The notes under the pieces are model-generated. The model searched no databases and was not told the DNA's origin. It saw nothing but the letters and a program-made list of their open reading frames with translations. Positions 34,886 to 48,169 of a stretch of DNA of 64,000 bases are shown one piece after another. Source of the stretch: the human T2T-CHM13v2.0 reference genome, Homo sapiens; assembly GCF_009914755.1 (NCBI RefSeq), contig NC_060932.1; one strand, written 5' to 3'. The translations under genes were made by a program, and so were the position numbers. Position 1 is the first letter of the stretch. The number at the start of each line of letters is the position of its first letter.

Positions 34886-35864
34886 AGGGGAGCTCCCAGG
34901 CCAGCTTTTCCCCCTATCCCCCTGTCCCTCTCCCCAACCTCACCCCTCCCCTGCCAACCTCTCCAGAACCACAGGAGGGGTGCAGGGGCCTCCCCTCCCA
35001 GATCCTAGGCCAGCAGTGTCTCCTGTCCAGGGAGCCCCAGTCCTAACGGGGAGCAGGTGTTCCCTTACCGCAGCCCTCTGTCCCCCACCATGGCTCCCGG
35101 TCAGCTCTGGTCTGTTCTCCCCTCTACCACACTGGGTTCTCTAGGATGAAAGTCATTGCACTCTTAAGAATTCCAAGAATGCAGTCCCCACTGCAGAAAA
35201 AATCAAATCTCCTTTCCCTCTGGCCCTGTCAAGGTCACCAATGGTGATGAAGCAGCACCCAGCTTGTGGTATAATTTCCTTCAACCTCAGACAAACATAA
35301 GGAAATATATACATATATATGTGTATATATATATAATTTATATCTATAATTTTTTGCTGCTTTCTTTTTTAGCCAAAATGGCATTCCGCTGCCTCTGTTC
35401 CCTAAGACCCCATCATGTAATAATCTGCGGTGGCCATCGTTCCAGGCCAGTGCCATTGAGCCTCATCCGTTTTCATCACGGCAGAATAGTGCAGCCGCCA
35501 GGTCTCGCCGCCTCTGCACCCCGCTCTGGGGGACTCCTGAGGGTGGGAGGGGCTGGGCCTCATTCAGCTTGGTCACCCCAACGATGCACACGGATGCAGG
35601 AACATGTGTACACATGCATGTACACACATGAGCACATTCTGCCCATTCAGGGGTCGAATGAGTCATGAATGGACAGTGACCTCCGGTGTGCTGAGATGCC
35701 ATCCCGGCCCACAGGCCCTCAGCTTTTCTCCAGCCACACATGAGTGTCCTGTGCCCAGCAAGGTGCTCTGAGCCGCAGAGCCTGCGTGGTGAGGGAAGAC
35801 ACTGAACCCAGGGCCCCCAGGCTGAGCAGGCCGTTTGCCCCTCGTGAGCCTGGCTCTCTGCATT

Positions 35865-36200
35865 CCCCAGCCTGGGCTGCCTCGCACAGGGCCACAGACC
35901 AGGCGGTTGAAGCAACAGAGACGAATTCCTCCTGTCCTGGAGTGCAGAGCCCCACAGCAAGGCGTCGGCAGGGCTGCTCCCTCCTGAGGCCTCTCTTCTT
36001 GGCGTGTAGATGGCCGTGTGCTCCCTGTGTCCTCATGAAGTCGTCCCTTTGTGCATGTCTGTGTCCCAACCTCCGATAATAATGACCCCAGCAGGTTGGA
36101 TGAGGGCCCGCCTTCTGGCCTTATTGTAACTTAATTACATTTTAGGAAGCCCTATCCCCACACATAGTCTCATTCTAAAATACTAGGGGTTAGAACTTCA
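35865..36200 (-). mobile_element. MaLR LTR (MLT1B-like)
   Basis: 'agatggccgtgtgctccctgtgtcctca..taacttaattaca..ccctatccccacacatagtctcattct..tactaggggttagaacttca'. Confidence 0.8.
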
Positions 36201-37339
36201 CCCTAGGAGTTCCGGGGATGCCGCTCAGCTTATGACAGTCTTCCTGCTTGGATAGATAGACGGACCCTTTGACCACAGATCCCTGGGCCCTGGGAGCACC
36301 TGAGCATCTTCGTGGTGAGAGACAGCAGCCCAACCTCGGGGCAAGGCGGGAACAGGCCATTTCCACACCTTGTTTCCATGGACATGACACAGGGTAGCAT
36401 GAAATCCCCAGGGAAGCCCTTTGCTCAGAAGCAGCACCATGTCAGGGTGCTGTGAACTTGGATTTTTTTCTTCTTCTATGTCCTCTTTCCAAAGCACCCC
36501 ATCTTGCTTGCACGTGCTCTTCCTAACAGTAATATCAGCAACAAACCTTGGAGGGGGAAGGGGGACACGGGTTTCCAGAATGGCTGGGATGTCCCTCCCT
36601 GGCTCCCCAGAGCCTGGGGTGAGCTCTCTTGGGTGGGACACACTGGTTTCCCAGCTCACCCACAGACACCTGCCTTCTCCGGCCCACCTGGGTGGAGCGC
36701 CCTTGCGGCTATCATGGGCCACTACAGCCGTCTTCCACTCTCCCCTCCCTGACAACTGACAAGCCAGGTCCTCGGGATCCGATGATAGCTGTCACCACTC
36801 CCAGGGTGTCAGGGAAGGAGCAAACATTACAGGGCTCTGTCTTCTCCAGCCCTCCTGCCTGCCGATGCACGGGCCTCTGTGGCTGCCTCCAGTGCTGCCA
36901 ATCGATCCTGCTCACTCTCATTTTCCAGATGATGTCCTGGAGGCTTTTGGCCTTTCCAAGCCAGCTCCGGGCCTCGGGGCAGCCTCTACCAGGGCAGGGA
37001 GGGGCAGCTGAGTCGCACACGGGAAGAAGCTGACGAGCTGTCTCTCCAGCCTGCTCCTCGTGCAGTTGGGGAAACAGGCTTTGTGAGGAGCAGGGGTTTC
37101 CTCGCCTCCCTCAGGAACCTGAGTCCTGCCCTCTCGTCCACCTCAAGCAGCTGCATGTCCTGGGCCTGAGTTTGGGGCTGGACTCCACCCACAACCTGCC
37201 CTAACCTGCAGGGTGGGATCCACAGCCGACGCTCCATGGCCGCTGCCTCCATACACTTGGTCCTAGAAGAAAAGGGCCAGGCATGAATTAAGTACCTGCT
37301 GTGCTCCCCTCACTGCCCACGCTTCACGCTTGCTCAGGC

Positions 37340-37445
37340 TCATGCTGACCATGGAAGCTTCAGAGGAGTCAGGTCACTTGCCTAAGGCCACACAGCTCGT
37401 AATGGCCAGGGCAGCAGCTCAGCCAGGAGCCCGGACACTTGTCTT
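37340..37445 (-). mobile_element. MIR fragment
   Basis: 'tcacttgcctaaggccacacagctcgtaatggc'. Confidence 0.6.
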
Positions 37446-40301
37446 CTAGGACTTCCAGCAAGGTGGCTGGTCAGAGGTCTTGGGCCAGGTGTGACGTGCT
37501 GAGAAAGCAGGAAGCCACCTCTGGTCTCTGCTTCTGGGCTTGCAGAGATGGGTATAGGTCTGGCCTTCAGGCTGCAGAGGAATGAACTGGAGGCCACAAG
37601 GACAGCATCTAGGACAAAACTGGAGGGACAGCCAGGTGGGCTGTGCAGTTCTCTGGGGCTGCTGGGCCAATGGGACCTGGCTGTCAGAAAGTGGGGCCCT
37701 GCGTTTGGAAGGGGGCCTGTTCTGCAGCTGGTGAAAACACGTGTCGGGGCAGACCTGAGGCCTCCGCTGAGGGGCGAAGGGGAGCCGAGTTGCTTGAGGG
37801 CTGTCCAAGCCCTCCCTCTCCCCCTGGGGCTGCCCTAGTCTGGGTGAGCTGCCCACCCTGGCCTGGCTGAGGCCCTTAGTTGTGTGAGTGGCAGAATCCT
37901 CCTGCAGGCTGGCTGGTGTAGAAAGGCCTGACGGGCTCCTGGATCTGAAGCCAGAGGCTGGACAGGTGGCCTGCCCAAGTGGCACAGAGCTGTGTGCCAC
38001 AGGAAGCTCTGCCCAATGGGCACGGCCATGCCAGGTCACTGTCCACACCCCTCCCTCGTGGCACTTGAGGAAGGGCGGCTGCTGGCCAGTCTCCATCACC
38101 ATCCTCCCAGTTAAGTAGCACCCTACGGGGCCAGCACTGTTCCCATCTCAAGGAAACCTGACTGGGGGAGCTGATGCCTGGCACCCCTCAGAACAAATCC
38201 CAGGGAAGTTGGGGAGTCATCATGAGCCCAGCCTGTGCCAGACACCACTACGTATCAGGGCCGGGTGTGAGAGCAGTGCCTGCAGGAGGCCACAGTCCTG
38301 GAAAAGAGACAAAAGGAAGGTGAGTCCCCTACACCCAGCCCTCTGAGGGACACTGCCTGCACTGGTTTCTCCTGCACTTGGACCTGTGGGACGGGAGATG
38401 AGAGATGCCCTGTCTCCTGCCACCTCCCGTCACTGCAGGCCACTCGATGTCCCCTCACCACCGAGGGCTGAGAGCAGAGCCAGCAGCCCATGGTGGTCCA
38501 ACCAGGGCAGCCAGGACAAGGCACCTCTCCCCGTGGGCGAGGATCCAACAGAACGATGGCCCCCAGGGTGCTTTCTCGCCTCTGGGCAGACGGCAGCCAT
38601 CAGGGCAGCATGAGGCTGGCCATGGCCTCTTCCCACCCAGGCCACTTCTCGTGGCCTGTGACAAGCGACTCTCTGCTCAGCCTCACCTCTCAGTGTTCCC
38701 TGAGGACAAATTGTCTCTGTGAGACCCTGTCCCTCCCTCCACGTGGAAGGTACTCAGCCCATCACCCACCCACCTTCTGCTGAGGCCTCTCTACCTGATG
38801 TCAGCTCTAGAACTGGCAGCTCTGATGTCCTCAGGCCGCGGCCACACCCAGGCATGACTGGGATCTCAGAGAGGGAGCTGGGCCAGAGCCTCGTGGGAAC
38901 TCCTGGGGTGTGGGATGCTCCGCGGGGGCGGGGAGGCCAGGTGCCCTCCGGAAGGACAGAGACCGCCTTGCACCAGGTGCCCCTGCTCTTGTCTGCCCGG
39001 GTCACTTTGGGCTCGTTTTCAGGTCTCTGTCCAGGCAAGTCCCTCCCTAGGCCCTCCCACCTGCCCTGGGCTGCCCTGGTCCCTCCTGGGTCTCCTGTGC
39101 CCTGCACTGACCTCTGCACACATCCACCTCTCCAACAGAGTAAGCCCCAGCCTCCAGGACTAGGACCTGCCCCGGGATCCACCAGTGTTTGTGCAGGTCC
39201 TACCGGGCCCTCTTCCCGGCATGTACCCCTTCACTGACCTCCAGCCAGCCCCCCTCAGCAGCAGGAAGCCCGGGCTCTGAGCACTTGAGTGACAGGCCCA
39301 AGGTGACAAGCTCCAACATTGCCCAGTGAGCATGTGAAGCCACATCCCTCTGACCCCGGCTTGTGCAAAGCGCTGCAGGACTGCTGGGTTAGGGGCTGCT
39401 GTGGTGACTCTGTCCCTGCACAAGGTGGAGCTGAGTGAATAAATGAAGGGGATGGAGGGTTGAGCTCCCTGCACAGTGGGGGCGGTCAAGGCTCAGAGAG
39501 GTCTGAGCAGAGAGCAAGGTGGGGTCCTGGCCTTCCCCCTGCTGCTCTGCTGGGAAGCCCACCATGCTGGCCCACAGGGGGAATTGGTAAGGTCCATCGT
39601 GTCTGTGCTCCTGACTCTGTTCCTTCTTGTCACACGGCCTGCGCCACACCTGCCCATGAGCGTGGACCTCCAGTTCTGCAAGCTTGGTCCTTGGGGCCCA
39701 CGGCGGAGCTCCCATGGCGGGTCACACCCCACCACCTGGACACTTGGCTGTATGTAAGAAGAGTGTGCAGTAGGGAGAGAAGGGTGAGCCCTGCCCCAAG
39801 TGCCCTCCTGAGACCATCGGATGCTCTGGGTGGGTCAGCGCTCACCATGGGACTGCCTCTCCTGCTTGGCAGCTTCCCCCATTCGGGGTGACCTGGGCTC
39901 TGCATTCCCAACTCTGCCGGCCCTTCCACTTCCTGTCACAGGAAAAGCAGAGCACCCAGTTCTGGAAGGGCGAGGTCCCCCAGGGTACAGACAACATGTA
40001 CACCTGCGCCTAGAGAATGCCAGCATGTGTGGCCCCACACAGATGGCACAGAGCCCAACATGAGTGGGTGGTGCTGTCAGAGGCTCGAAGTGGATAGGTA
40101 GGCAGGATGATTCTAATCCAGAGACGCTCGCAGGGACTGGATGAGGAAATGGGGAGGGTATCCAGGTTGCAGAGGGCCTGCGCAAACCATCAAAGAGGTC
40201 TTCCCGGAAGAGGCGGAGCTGAGTCCTTAAAGGAGAAAGAGGACCTGGAAGGGTAGGTGGGCATGCCCTGCTTACACTAGGCTATGGGGCCAGCATTCGG
40301 G

Positions 40302-40588
40302 CTCCCTCCCTCCCTCCTCCCTCTCCTCCTCTTTTTCTCTCTCCTTCCTTCCCTCCCTCCTCCCTCTTCCCTTCCCTCCCACCTTCCTCCCTCCTTCCTT
40401 CCCTCCCACCTCCCTCCCTCCCTCCTCCCTCTTTCCTTCCCTGCCCTCCCTCCCTTCCTTTCTTTTCTCCCTCCCTGTCTCCCTTCCTCCCTCTCTCCCT
40501 TTCTCCTTCCTTTTCCCGTTCCCTTCTTCCTTTTCTCTCTCCTTTCTGCCCTCTACCCTTCCCTTTCTCCCTCCTCTCTCCTTCCCTC
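40302..40588. repeat. CT-rich polypyrimidine tract
   Basis: About 285 nt of almost only C and T. Confidence 0.95.
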
Positions 40589-42715
40589 AGAAGCACAGTG
40601 AGTGGTGAGTGGGCTCCATGGTCCTGCCCTGACCCCACAGCTGGAAGCACGTAGGAGGCACAGAGGACACTTCAGAAGAGCTTCCTGGGGGCCGGACACA
40701 GGGATCCCCAGCACCTCTGCCTCACAGCAAACACAGACATGACAGGGAGAAGTGGGGTGCATGGTGTGCCCTCCTGCAACAGCCCCTTCCCTGGCTATAC
40801 CCCCTCTTCTCTGATCCCACTTCCCTTGCCCAGATTCCCCAGGGGACTCCAGCACATCTGCCCTCACCCCAGTGCTGGCAATTGCATGGGCTGCAGTTAG
40901 CTGGGCCCTTCCCCTTTTGAGGAGGCATCTGTGCTTCCAGCCAGGAGACTCTTTCCCCTGTAAACTCAAATCACTGAAAACATGCTGGAAAACCAGAGGA
41001 ATGGAAGAAAAGGTGGCACCCCATCCCGGAGGTGGATGCACATCCTTTGTGGAAGGCTGCAGATGTGGGCACCGGCCTTGGAGCCCGGCCACCCTGCTCA
41101 GCCTGCCCAGGCCCTGATGCCATCTCCGGAGGCCTGTGCTGCCCCTAGCCTGACACCCAATAGGAACACTGTCCAGAGAGAGGACGCGCTGCCCCCACCC
41201 TAAAGTTACGACTCTGTCCCTAGAGAGCTTCCTACAGAGGCACGGACCTCCGGGGGTGGCCCCGGCTCCTGTCTGCCGAGAGGGGGCCCGAGCCCGGCAC
41301 AGCCCTGTGCACGTGAAATCCCACCAGGACCCCTGACCCTCAGCCACCCATGGGGAAGGTCGGACATGATCACACTGCTAGTCCCTGAGTGGGCTGAGCC
41401 AGTGAGGCTGGCTCCAGATCCCAAGCCCTTAGCTATGTTCACTCACGTCGGGTCACCCAGCCAGCAGACAGGGCTGAGCCGGTGGCCTCAGCTCACGGTA
41501 GCTCATAGGCAGAGGCCTCCTGTGAAGCCTGCCTGCTCCTCACACCTGCGCCGCGGTAAACAACATCCAGATACCACCGTCAGAAGGCAGCTCCCCTGTC
41601 CCCAGGCCCAAAGCTAGCAGGTGGTGAGGGGGCCCGGAAGACAGGTGCCCTGGTCCCATGACACCCCGACTCCCAGAGCCCTGGGATGACCACACAGGAG
41701 ATGGGACTGCACCTTCCCTGCAGGCTCCTTCCCAGCAGACGCCCCTGGTGACCTCATCCTGGACAGCTCCCTGGTTCCAGTCTTGAGAAGAAGAAATCTC
41801 CAACAGGCCCCATCCGAGCAGACCCAGACACTGAGACGGCTGGTTTTGCAGGACAGCACTGAGGCCCAGGGCAGCAGCCTGTGAGTCAGAGGCTGCTGGG
41901 TCTCCAGCCAGGGGCTGTCTCAGAAGCAGCTGAACCCTAGGTGCTGGGAGGCAGGCCGGCTCCAGAGCAGGCTTCTGGGTGTTGGTTCTCCCTGCCTAGG
42001 AAAGGGGAAGTGGGTTGTGCTTCCGCCACAGGCCCTGGGGGCACCTGGTTGTCCTCCGCTTGAATGGAAGTCCCTGGAATAAAAAGCTGTATTTGGACAC
42101 GAAAGGATCCATGGGGATCATTGAATACTGAGACCCCCCAGTGTGGGCCAAGACCTCTCACCAGCCACAACCCCCAACCAGAGTCAGAGGGTGGGTGGCA
42201 TGGCCTGGCCACCAACGTCAGGCGGAAGGAAGCACTCAGGGCACTTGCACAGGGGAGCTTCCCGGAGCCACCCTCCCACAGGGCTCGGGACTTTCTCAGC
42301 CGGGTACAGCTTGGTGTCTCCACTCACCGGGAGAGGCTGGAGGACAAGGTCTGCCCCGGAGAGCCAGCACCTGGGATAGGGTTCCTGCTCAGAGGCCACC
42401 CAAGAGCGTCCGTCACAGAGTGGATGAGTGAAGGCTCTGTGCCTGTGGAACCCGCAGACACAATGGACCCGGGGTGCACACACCCCACAGGCAGGGCAGG
42501 GGCACGGAAGCAGTGACTCCCAGCCAGCCCCACACACCCCACAGAAGGCTGTAGAACAGGGGTGCACAGCACGGGGGACCCCCAGTTCCTAGATGCAGGC
42601 CTCAGCACCACGGGGACACCTGTGTATTAGCCACAGGCCATGGCACCACCCACACCCACCCACGCCCTCTCATACCTTCCTTGGCACCCAGTCGTTGCCA
42701 TTGGCCCTTGCCAGA

Positions 42716-42774
42716 TCACTGAGGTTTGGCCATTTTTGAGCCACAAAAATGACAATTTCATAAGGTTGTACCTG
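42716..42774. mobile_element. Partial MADE2 (Mariner MITE)
   Basis: 'ccatttttgagccacaaaaatgacaatttcataaggttgtacct' resembles the MADE2 end. Confidence 0.65.
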
Positions 42775-43039
42775 AAACATTCTAAATACTTAACTGCGGA
42801 AATCACTTTTCCTGTCCCCAAAGATACACTGAGCTCCCAACAGTCAGGGCTGTGTCTTCCTTTTGCTCACTCCCCCAGCGCCTGGCTGAATTGGATCAAA
42901 TGGCTTGGAACGTTGAGAATGTCCTCGCCTCCTGACTACTAAGAATCAAGGGTTCGGGCCCTCCCAGGTCCGTGGGTGACCTTGGGCACACCCTGCTCTC
43001 TCTGGGGAGAGCTTCCTCTCAGGCCATGGCAAGAGGACA

Positions 43040-43164
43040 CAGGGAGAGGAAGAGGAAGAGGAGAGGAGAAGAGAGGAGCAGAAAAGAGAAGAGAGGAAAG
43101 GACAGGAGAAAGAAGGGGAGGAGTGGAGAGGAGGGCAGCAGAGGAGAAGAGAGGAAAGGAGAGA
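43040..43164. repeat. GA-rich polypurine tract
   Basis: (GAGGA/GAAGA)n-type low-complexity sequence. Confidence 0.9.
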
Positions 43165-43385
43165 CACCTGGCTATTCCAGCATCTCAGCCTTCTCTACCG
43201 CAGCACGTGAGTCAGCCATCTAGGGTGTCCAGTCCAGAAGAGCTCTCTAATGAGTGCCCTTCCAGTCATTACCATGTGGTACAGAAGAACCCAGCCACGG
43301 TCAATCTACACACATTATAAGAGATTATTCTTTCATGTCACTAAGTTTTGGGGTTGGTTGCAGCAACATATAACCATGTTACATG
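43165..43385 (+). mobile_element. Old MLT1 LTR 3' fragment
   Basis: 'cacgtgagtcagccatct..tgtccagtccag...cactaagttttggggttggttgcagcaacatataacca'. Confidence 0.65.
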
Positions 43386-44296
43386 TTGGCAGGAGGGCAC
43401 AGGCATGGCGGTGTCCCCCTGCTGCCCAGGAGTCTCCTGATGTCTGACCCTACTGGCTAGCCCTCCCCTCCCTCCTCTCCAAGCCCCCTCTCCAGCTGCT
43501 CTGACAGAGGGACTTTCCTGGCCCCTGCTCATGAGGACCTCACTGCTGAGCTCCCAACTCCAGGTGCATCTTCTAGAACAAGAGCGGCACCTTGGGAAAG
43601 CTTGGCCTTCCAGACGCAGAAGCGCAGGTGCTGTGGAAGTCCATGGGATGTGGGGATGGTTCAGGTTTAGAAAGCTCTGCATCCTTGCTTCTCTGCTTCT
43701 CTTTGTGTTATTTGTCCTCTTGGAAACAATATGCTTCTCAGGAAGAACAGACACCTGCTCGCTGTGAGCTGTTCCACGTGCTGCTCTCAGATACGGCTGA
43801 TAATTGCTGCTGTCATCCCCCTGTCCCACCTAGGCCTGGACCCGTGATCCACCAGGCCCTCCAACCCTGCCTCCAGCAACCCTGGAATAGACGTCGAAGC
43901 AGATGGCAGGAGAGAGCCCGGAGCAGCCAGCGAGAGCCTGGCTTGGCCCGAATCCATCTGTCCTGCTTCAAGCATCTTGCCCGCTGGCCACACATTCATA
44001 GTTTCAGCCACATCAGCATTTTGCAAAATGCCAGCTCCAAGCAGGGGACCCTCGAGGGCTGTCGTGGCTGCCAACTGTTGGATTTTGACACATTTCGTCC
44101 AGTGTGGGCACACCGGAGCTTCGTCCGCACGCAGAGGATGCGGGAAAGGTTGGCTGCCCCATGCTGCTTCTCAGAGTTGCTCAAGTTAGGACGGGCTCAG
44201 GGGCCCTCTCCTCCTGCCGCCCTGCTTGGCCAGCTGTGCTCCCACATCCAGCCTCTCCACTGCTGGAGTTCTTCCAGGGGCACAGATCAGACCACC

Positions 44297-44387
44297 ACTC
44301 AGACAGCACCCCTTTCTTGTGTGCTGCAGCTTTGCAAAGTCCTTCCATTGCGCCAACATACTGCCGGACAGCATCCAATCAGGACAG
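44297..44387 (+). repeat. Dispersed direct repeat, copy A (pairs with 47736-47830)
   Basis: 'actcagacagcacccctttcttgtgt...ggacagcatccaa(c)tcaggacag'; 6 substitutions and 2 indels between copies. Confidence 0.93.
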
Positions 44388-44612
44388 ATCCGCTTTCCTG
44401 CCATGCCCCTTCCAATAAAGGGGGAAACCTGGTGTGGCTGGTCCAGGGGGAGCCTGGAACCTGAAAGTGGCTGGGAAGGGCTTGGCTGAGGAGGGAAGCA
44501 GTGGCGGAGCCTCACACAGGAGCCTGCCCAGGTCATGGAGCCAACTGCACTCCCCCACCGTGTCCGTCAGGACCTGGTCTGCTGTAAGCGGTGGCAGGAA
44601 TTAAAACAGGTG

Positions 44613-44614
<2 letters not shown>

Positions 44615-44650
<36 letters not shown>

Positions 44651-44661
44651 GCACACACACA
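44615..44661. repeat. (CA)n microsatellite
   Basis: Direct read. Confidence 0.97.
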
Positions 44662-44714
44662 AAGAGAGAGGAGAGGGAGGAGAAGGAGAAAAGAGAAGAG
44701 AAGGAAAGGAATGC

Positions 44715-45050
44715 TTTGGCTCAGACAATGGCTGAAAGTAAAGGGGACCTCTGCTTCAGGCACAGGCTGAAACCTGGCCTCCTCTCTCTCTGACTTCCTT
44801 CTCCTCCACGTTAGCACCATTTCTAACCTGGGCTTCATGTGCAGAAAAGCAATCCCCACCAAGCAGCTCTACACACATATCCTCAAGTTCAATCTCAATA
44901 GAAAAATAAGCTGAAGCCTCTCCCGCTAGAAGTTGGAGCCCCGAGCCTAACTCACAGGCTAGGGCGAATGTGTGCACATCCCAGAAGCAGCTTGGGTTGT
45001 GCACTGAAGTTGGAAGTTGGTCTGGTCCTGGGGCAAATGGCCACCCGTTG
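44715..45050 (-). mobile_element. MLT1J-like LTR fragment
   Basis: 'cttcaggcacaggctg', 'ccaccaagcagctctac', 'tgtgcacatcccagaa'. Confidence 0.5.
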
Positions 45051-46769
45051 TGCCCATGCTGGCTGTGGTGGGAAAAACTGGCAGATTCCAAACCCTGGGG
45101 GCTCTGGGCACAAGGAAAGGTGTGCAGGGCAAGGTGCAGATGACCCAGCCTAGTCTAAGCCTCTGCTCAGAGCCCAAAGCTGGGCCAGGTTGGGGAGGCA
45201 GAATAGTAACAACCCATGCCCCCAAGGCTCTCCTCTGCAATGCGTCAGCTGTCACCAGCCGGGCTGGGTGTCATGTTGCATTTCAAACCAGGAACTCTCA
45301 GATGTGCATTGAACTGACGGCTGTGTGCGTGGTGCACTGTGTATGCCTGGCTCCTAGACAGGGCTGGCTCCTCCGCTGCTCTGCAGAAGGTGGCTGGGAA
45401 ATTCCAGGGCTGAGCAGTGCTAGGTGGGGGCGAAGCCAGGACAGGGTCTGTTAGCTTCATTCATGGTTATGGGGTCTCCTGCTGGGGACAACCAAGTGGT
45501 CACGCAGATGATGACAGCATTGCCATTAGTGGGGCCTGGCTCGGGCAAGTCCTGTGGTGTGAGGAGACCCTACTGTCGGGCGAGCCCCAGCAGGGAGTCT
45601 AGCCCTGGAAATCTGGCGGACAGAGGCCTGGAGACCGGCATTGGCCCATTCCCAGTGAGTGCCAGGGCTGTATGGGCAGGTGACATACAGGTCTCCCCAG
45701 ACAGGCAGGCTGTGGTCCAGAACTGCCCAGGTCCCCACAGGGTGTGGTGAGGAAACCGAGGCAGAAGCTCCTTGGTGGACCAGCCAAGCAGGGCTCAGGG
45801 ACGCACGGACAGGGTGGGTGAGAGGAGGAGGCGTCCTCTCAACTCCGACACCCACGGCCCCTTTCCTGCTGCCCTTCAGGGTGTATGCTGGGACCAGGGA
45901 GGAGCCCCTGCTGGCCCTGATTCTCCTACACGGAGCTGGGGGAAGATGCGTGGGGCCCAGGCCTGGGCCCAGAGAATCTCAGGGAGGCCGTGGGCAGAAC
46001 AAAGAACCATCTCGCCAAAACCACCTCAGGAGGCAAAACCCCTGGGAAATCCCTCAGGCCGCTGAGTCAGTCCCGGCTCTGCTGACGTTCTTCGTTGAGG
46101 CTCGGCCCCTGTGCCTGCAGGTGCCGCTGGCACAGCCCTTCTGAGTACTCCACGGCCTCTGTCCCACAGCTGTGCCTCAAGGTGTGGGTGGCCCGTGGGC
46201 CTCGGTTCTTTCCACCCCAAATAACGCTACAGATCAGATCCTCAAAGAGATGCCTCACTGAGCCTCGGGGCAAGGGCCTCTGTGGGCTGCCCAGGAACTG
46301 TGTGGCCGGCTTTTGGCAGGGGCGGCTCTGCCATGTCACTGAGACCGTCCACATTGTCCTGCAGGCCCTCCCTCGCAGGCCTCCTTAGCTCCACAGGGTC
46401 ACATAGATGACCAGCCCTCAGAAGTGCTCGTTGGTACCCACCTGTCTGATCTTTGTCACTCTGATGGCATCTCAGGGTGGCAGTGAGGTCTTTCTGCCTC
46501 GGTGATGCTGAGCATCTCCCTGGAGCCTGGGCGGCCTTGGCCGTGGACCCTCCTCTCTGCGGCTCTCCTCTCCCTGTTGGTGCTGGTTTCCTGCTGAGTT
46601 TCTCTTCGGCCTTCCTGCCGCAGACCCTTCAGGAGCCAGCACTCTGCAGATCGCTCCACCCCCTGTGGCCTGTGGGTCTCTGGAGTCCTTCACTAAGGGA
46701 AAAAGTTCGCTGTGAGGTGACATAACCGGCCAGTGACTTCCCTCCTCCTGACTTCGGCTAATGATTGAT

Positions 46770-47325
46770 CAGAGAGTGCCCCCCAGCCCCAAGATCACAA
46801 AGATAGTCTCCTGCGTTTTCGAAATTAACTTTATCATGTTAACCTTTCTCCGTTATGTGCTATATCCATCCAGAGTTAATTTCGTGAATGTGGTGTGAAG
46901 GGGAAAACCAATTTTATTCTTATCCATAAACTGCCAAAATTTCTCAACACGACTTAATAAATAATCCACGCTTTCCCCAAATATCTGTTATCATTTATCC
47001 GATTCTCACAGACACGGGGGCCTCTCTTTCTCCACATGCATCCTCTCACGTCCTGTGTTTTTTGACAGCTTCACACTCGCAATTCCTGTGGCTTTTTCAT
47101 CTGTTTTAAAGTCGACTAAATGAGCTTCCCCCAACAACTGAATTTTTACTTGTTTTTTCGGAATGTGCTAACCTATTTTAGGGTTTATTTTTCTATACAT
47201 AATGTCTAGTCTGTTTTTCAAGTTCCAAAAATTCCTATTGAGAGTTTAATCAGATAGTGCATTGAATCCATAAGTTAATTTAGAAGAAATTGGCATCTTT
47301 ACAATGCTCGTTATCTCCTTCTTGA
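46770..47325 (-). mobile_element. Old L1M ORF2 fragment
   Basis: 'atccatccagagttaatttcgtgaatgtggtgtga' and 'tgcattgaatccataagttaatttagaagaaattggcatctttacaatg'. Confidence 0.8.
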
Positions 47326-47333
47326 ACCTGGCT

Positions 47334-47738
47334 GTACTCGTCTGCAGTTGAGGAATAACTGTCCATAACGAGCCTCTGCAAAGCCCAGTGGTTAACAAGG
47401 GACAGTTAGCACCATGCTGAGGTGGTAAGGTTGGGCTGGCCCGGCTGCAAGATGGATTCAGGATGCCTTCTCTGTGCCCAGTGGATGAGCCTGGGGCAGG
47501 CTCTATTCATTTCTCTCCTATTAGGAGCAAAAGAAGAAAGCAAGAGGAAAATGCATGGCCTCTGAGGGCCTCAGGTCAAAATTGCAAACGGTCGCTTCCG
47601 CCCATGTTCCTTTGGCCAAAGGCAGTCAAATGGCCGAGCTCAGCATCAGCTGAGGTGGGGAAGTAACTGGACGACAATACTGGGGGCATCCCCAATGCCT
47701 TTGGCAGAGGGCAGAACATCTAACCCCAATGTCTAACT
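47334..47738 (-). mobile_element. Old MLT1 LTR (K/L-like)
   Basis: 'cccagtggttaacaa' and 'cgcttccgcccatgttcctttggccaaaggcagtcaaatggccgagctcagcatca'. Confidence 0.65.
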
Positions 47739-47830
47739 CAGACAGCACCCCTTTCTTGTGTACTCCATCTTTGCAAAGTCCTTCTTCCATTGAGCCAACA
47801 TTCTGCTGGACAGCATCCAACTCAGGACAG
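47736..47830 (+). repeat. Dispersed direct repeat, copy B
   Basis: Same alignment as copy A; ORFs 44104..44418 and 47729..47968 share 'SDSTPFLC..LQSPS'. Confidence 0.93.
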
Positions 47831-48169
47831 CCCATTGCACGGGAGTGGAGACCTGGAAGCCATTATCTGCTCTCCCATGAGGGTGAGTCCACTGGATTCA
47901 GGTGCTTTGTACTTCTATGGTTGCAAAAGGCTTTTCTGCAAAGCTGGCGGCGGCTTTCCTCAGGCTGACTCCAGCACAGCTCACCTGCTGTGCAAGTACT
48001 TGTGGGGGAACAGCGGCTCCCCCAGCTCCTTAGAGAGACTCCTTGGAAGCCACTTCTTCCTCATGAAGGAGAGTGAAGCCGGGACTCCACCTCCCTCCCT
48101 CAGCACAGGGCTCTATTTTTAGGAACACGGTATGAACAGATTAGGGTGGAGTTTGCACCTGGGAAAGAG

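Noticed and set aside
43405-43430. CTCF-like motif (also at ~14100)
   Set aside because: Partial matches only, as expected in GC-rich sequence.
43592-44464. 290-aa ORF
   Set aside because: Non-ATG start, no recognisable domain, and composition typical of random GC-rich DNA.
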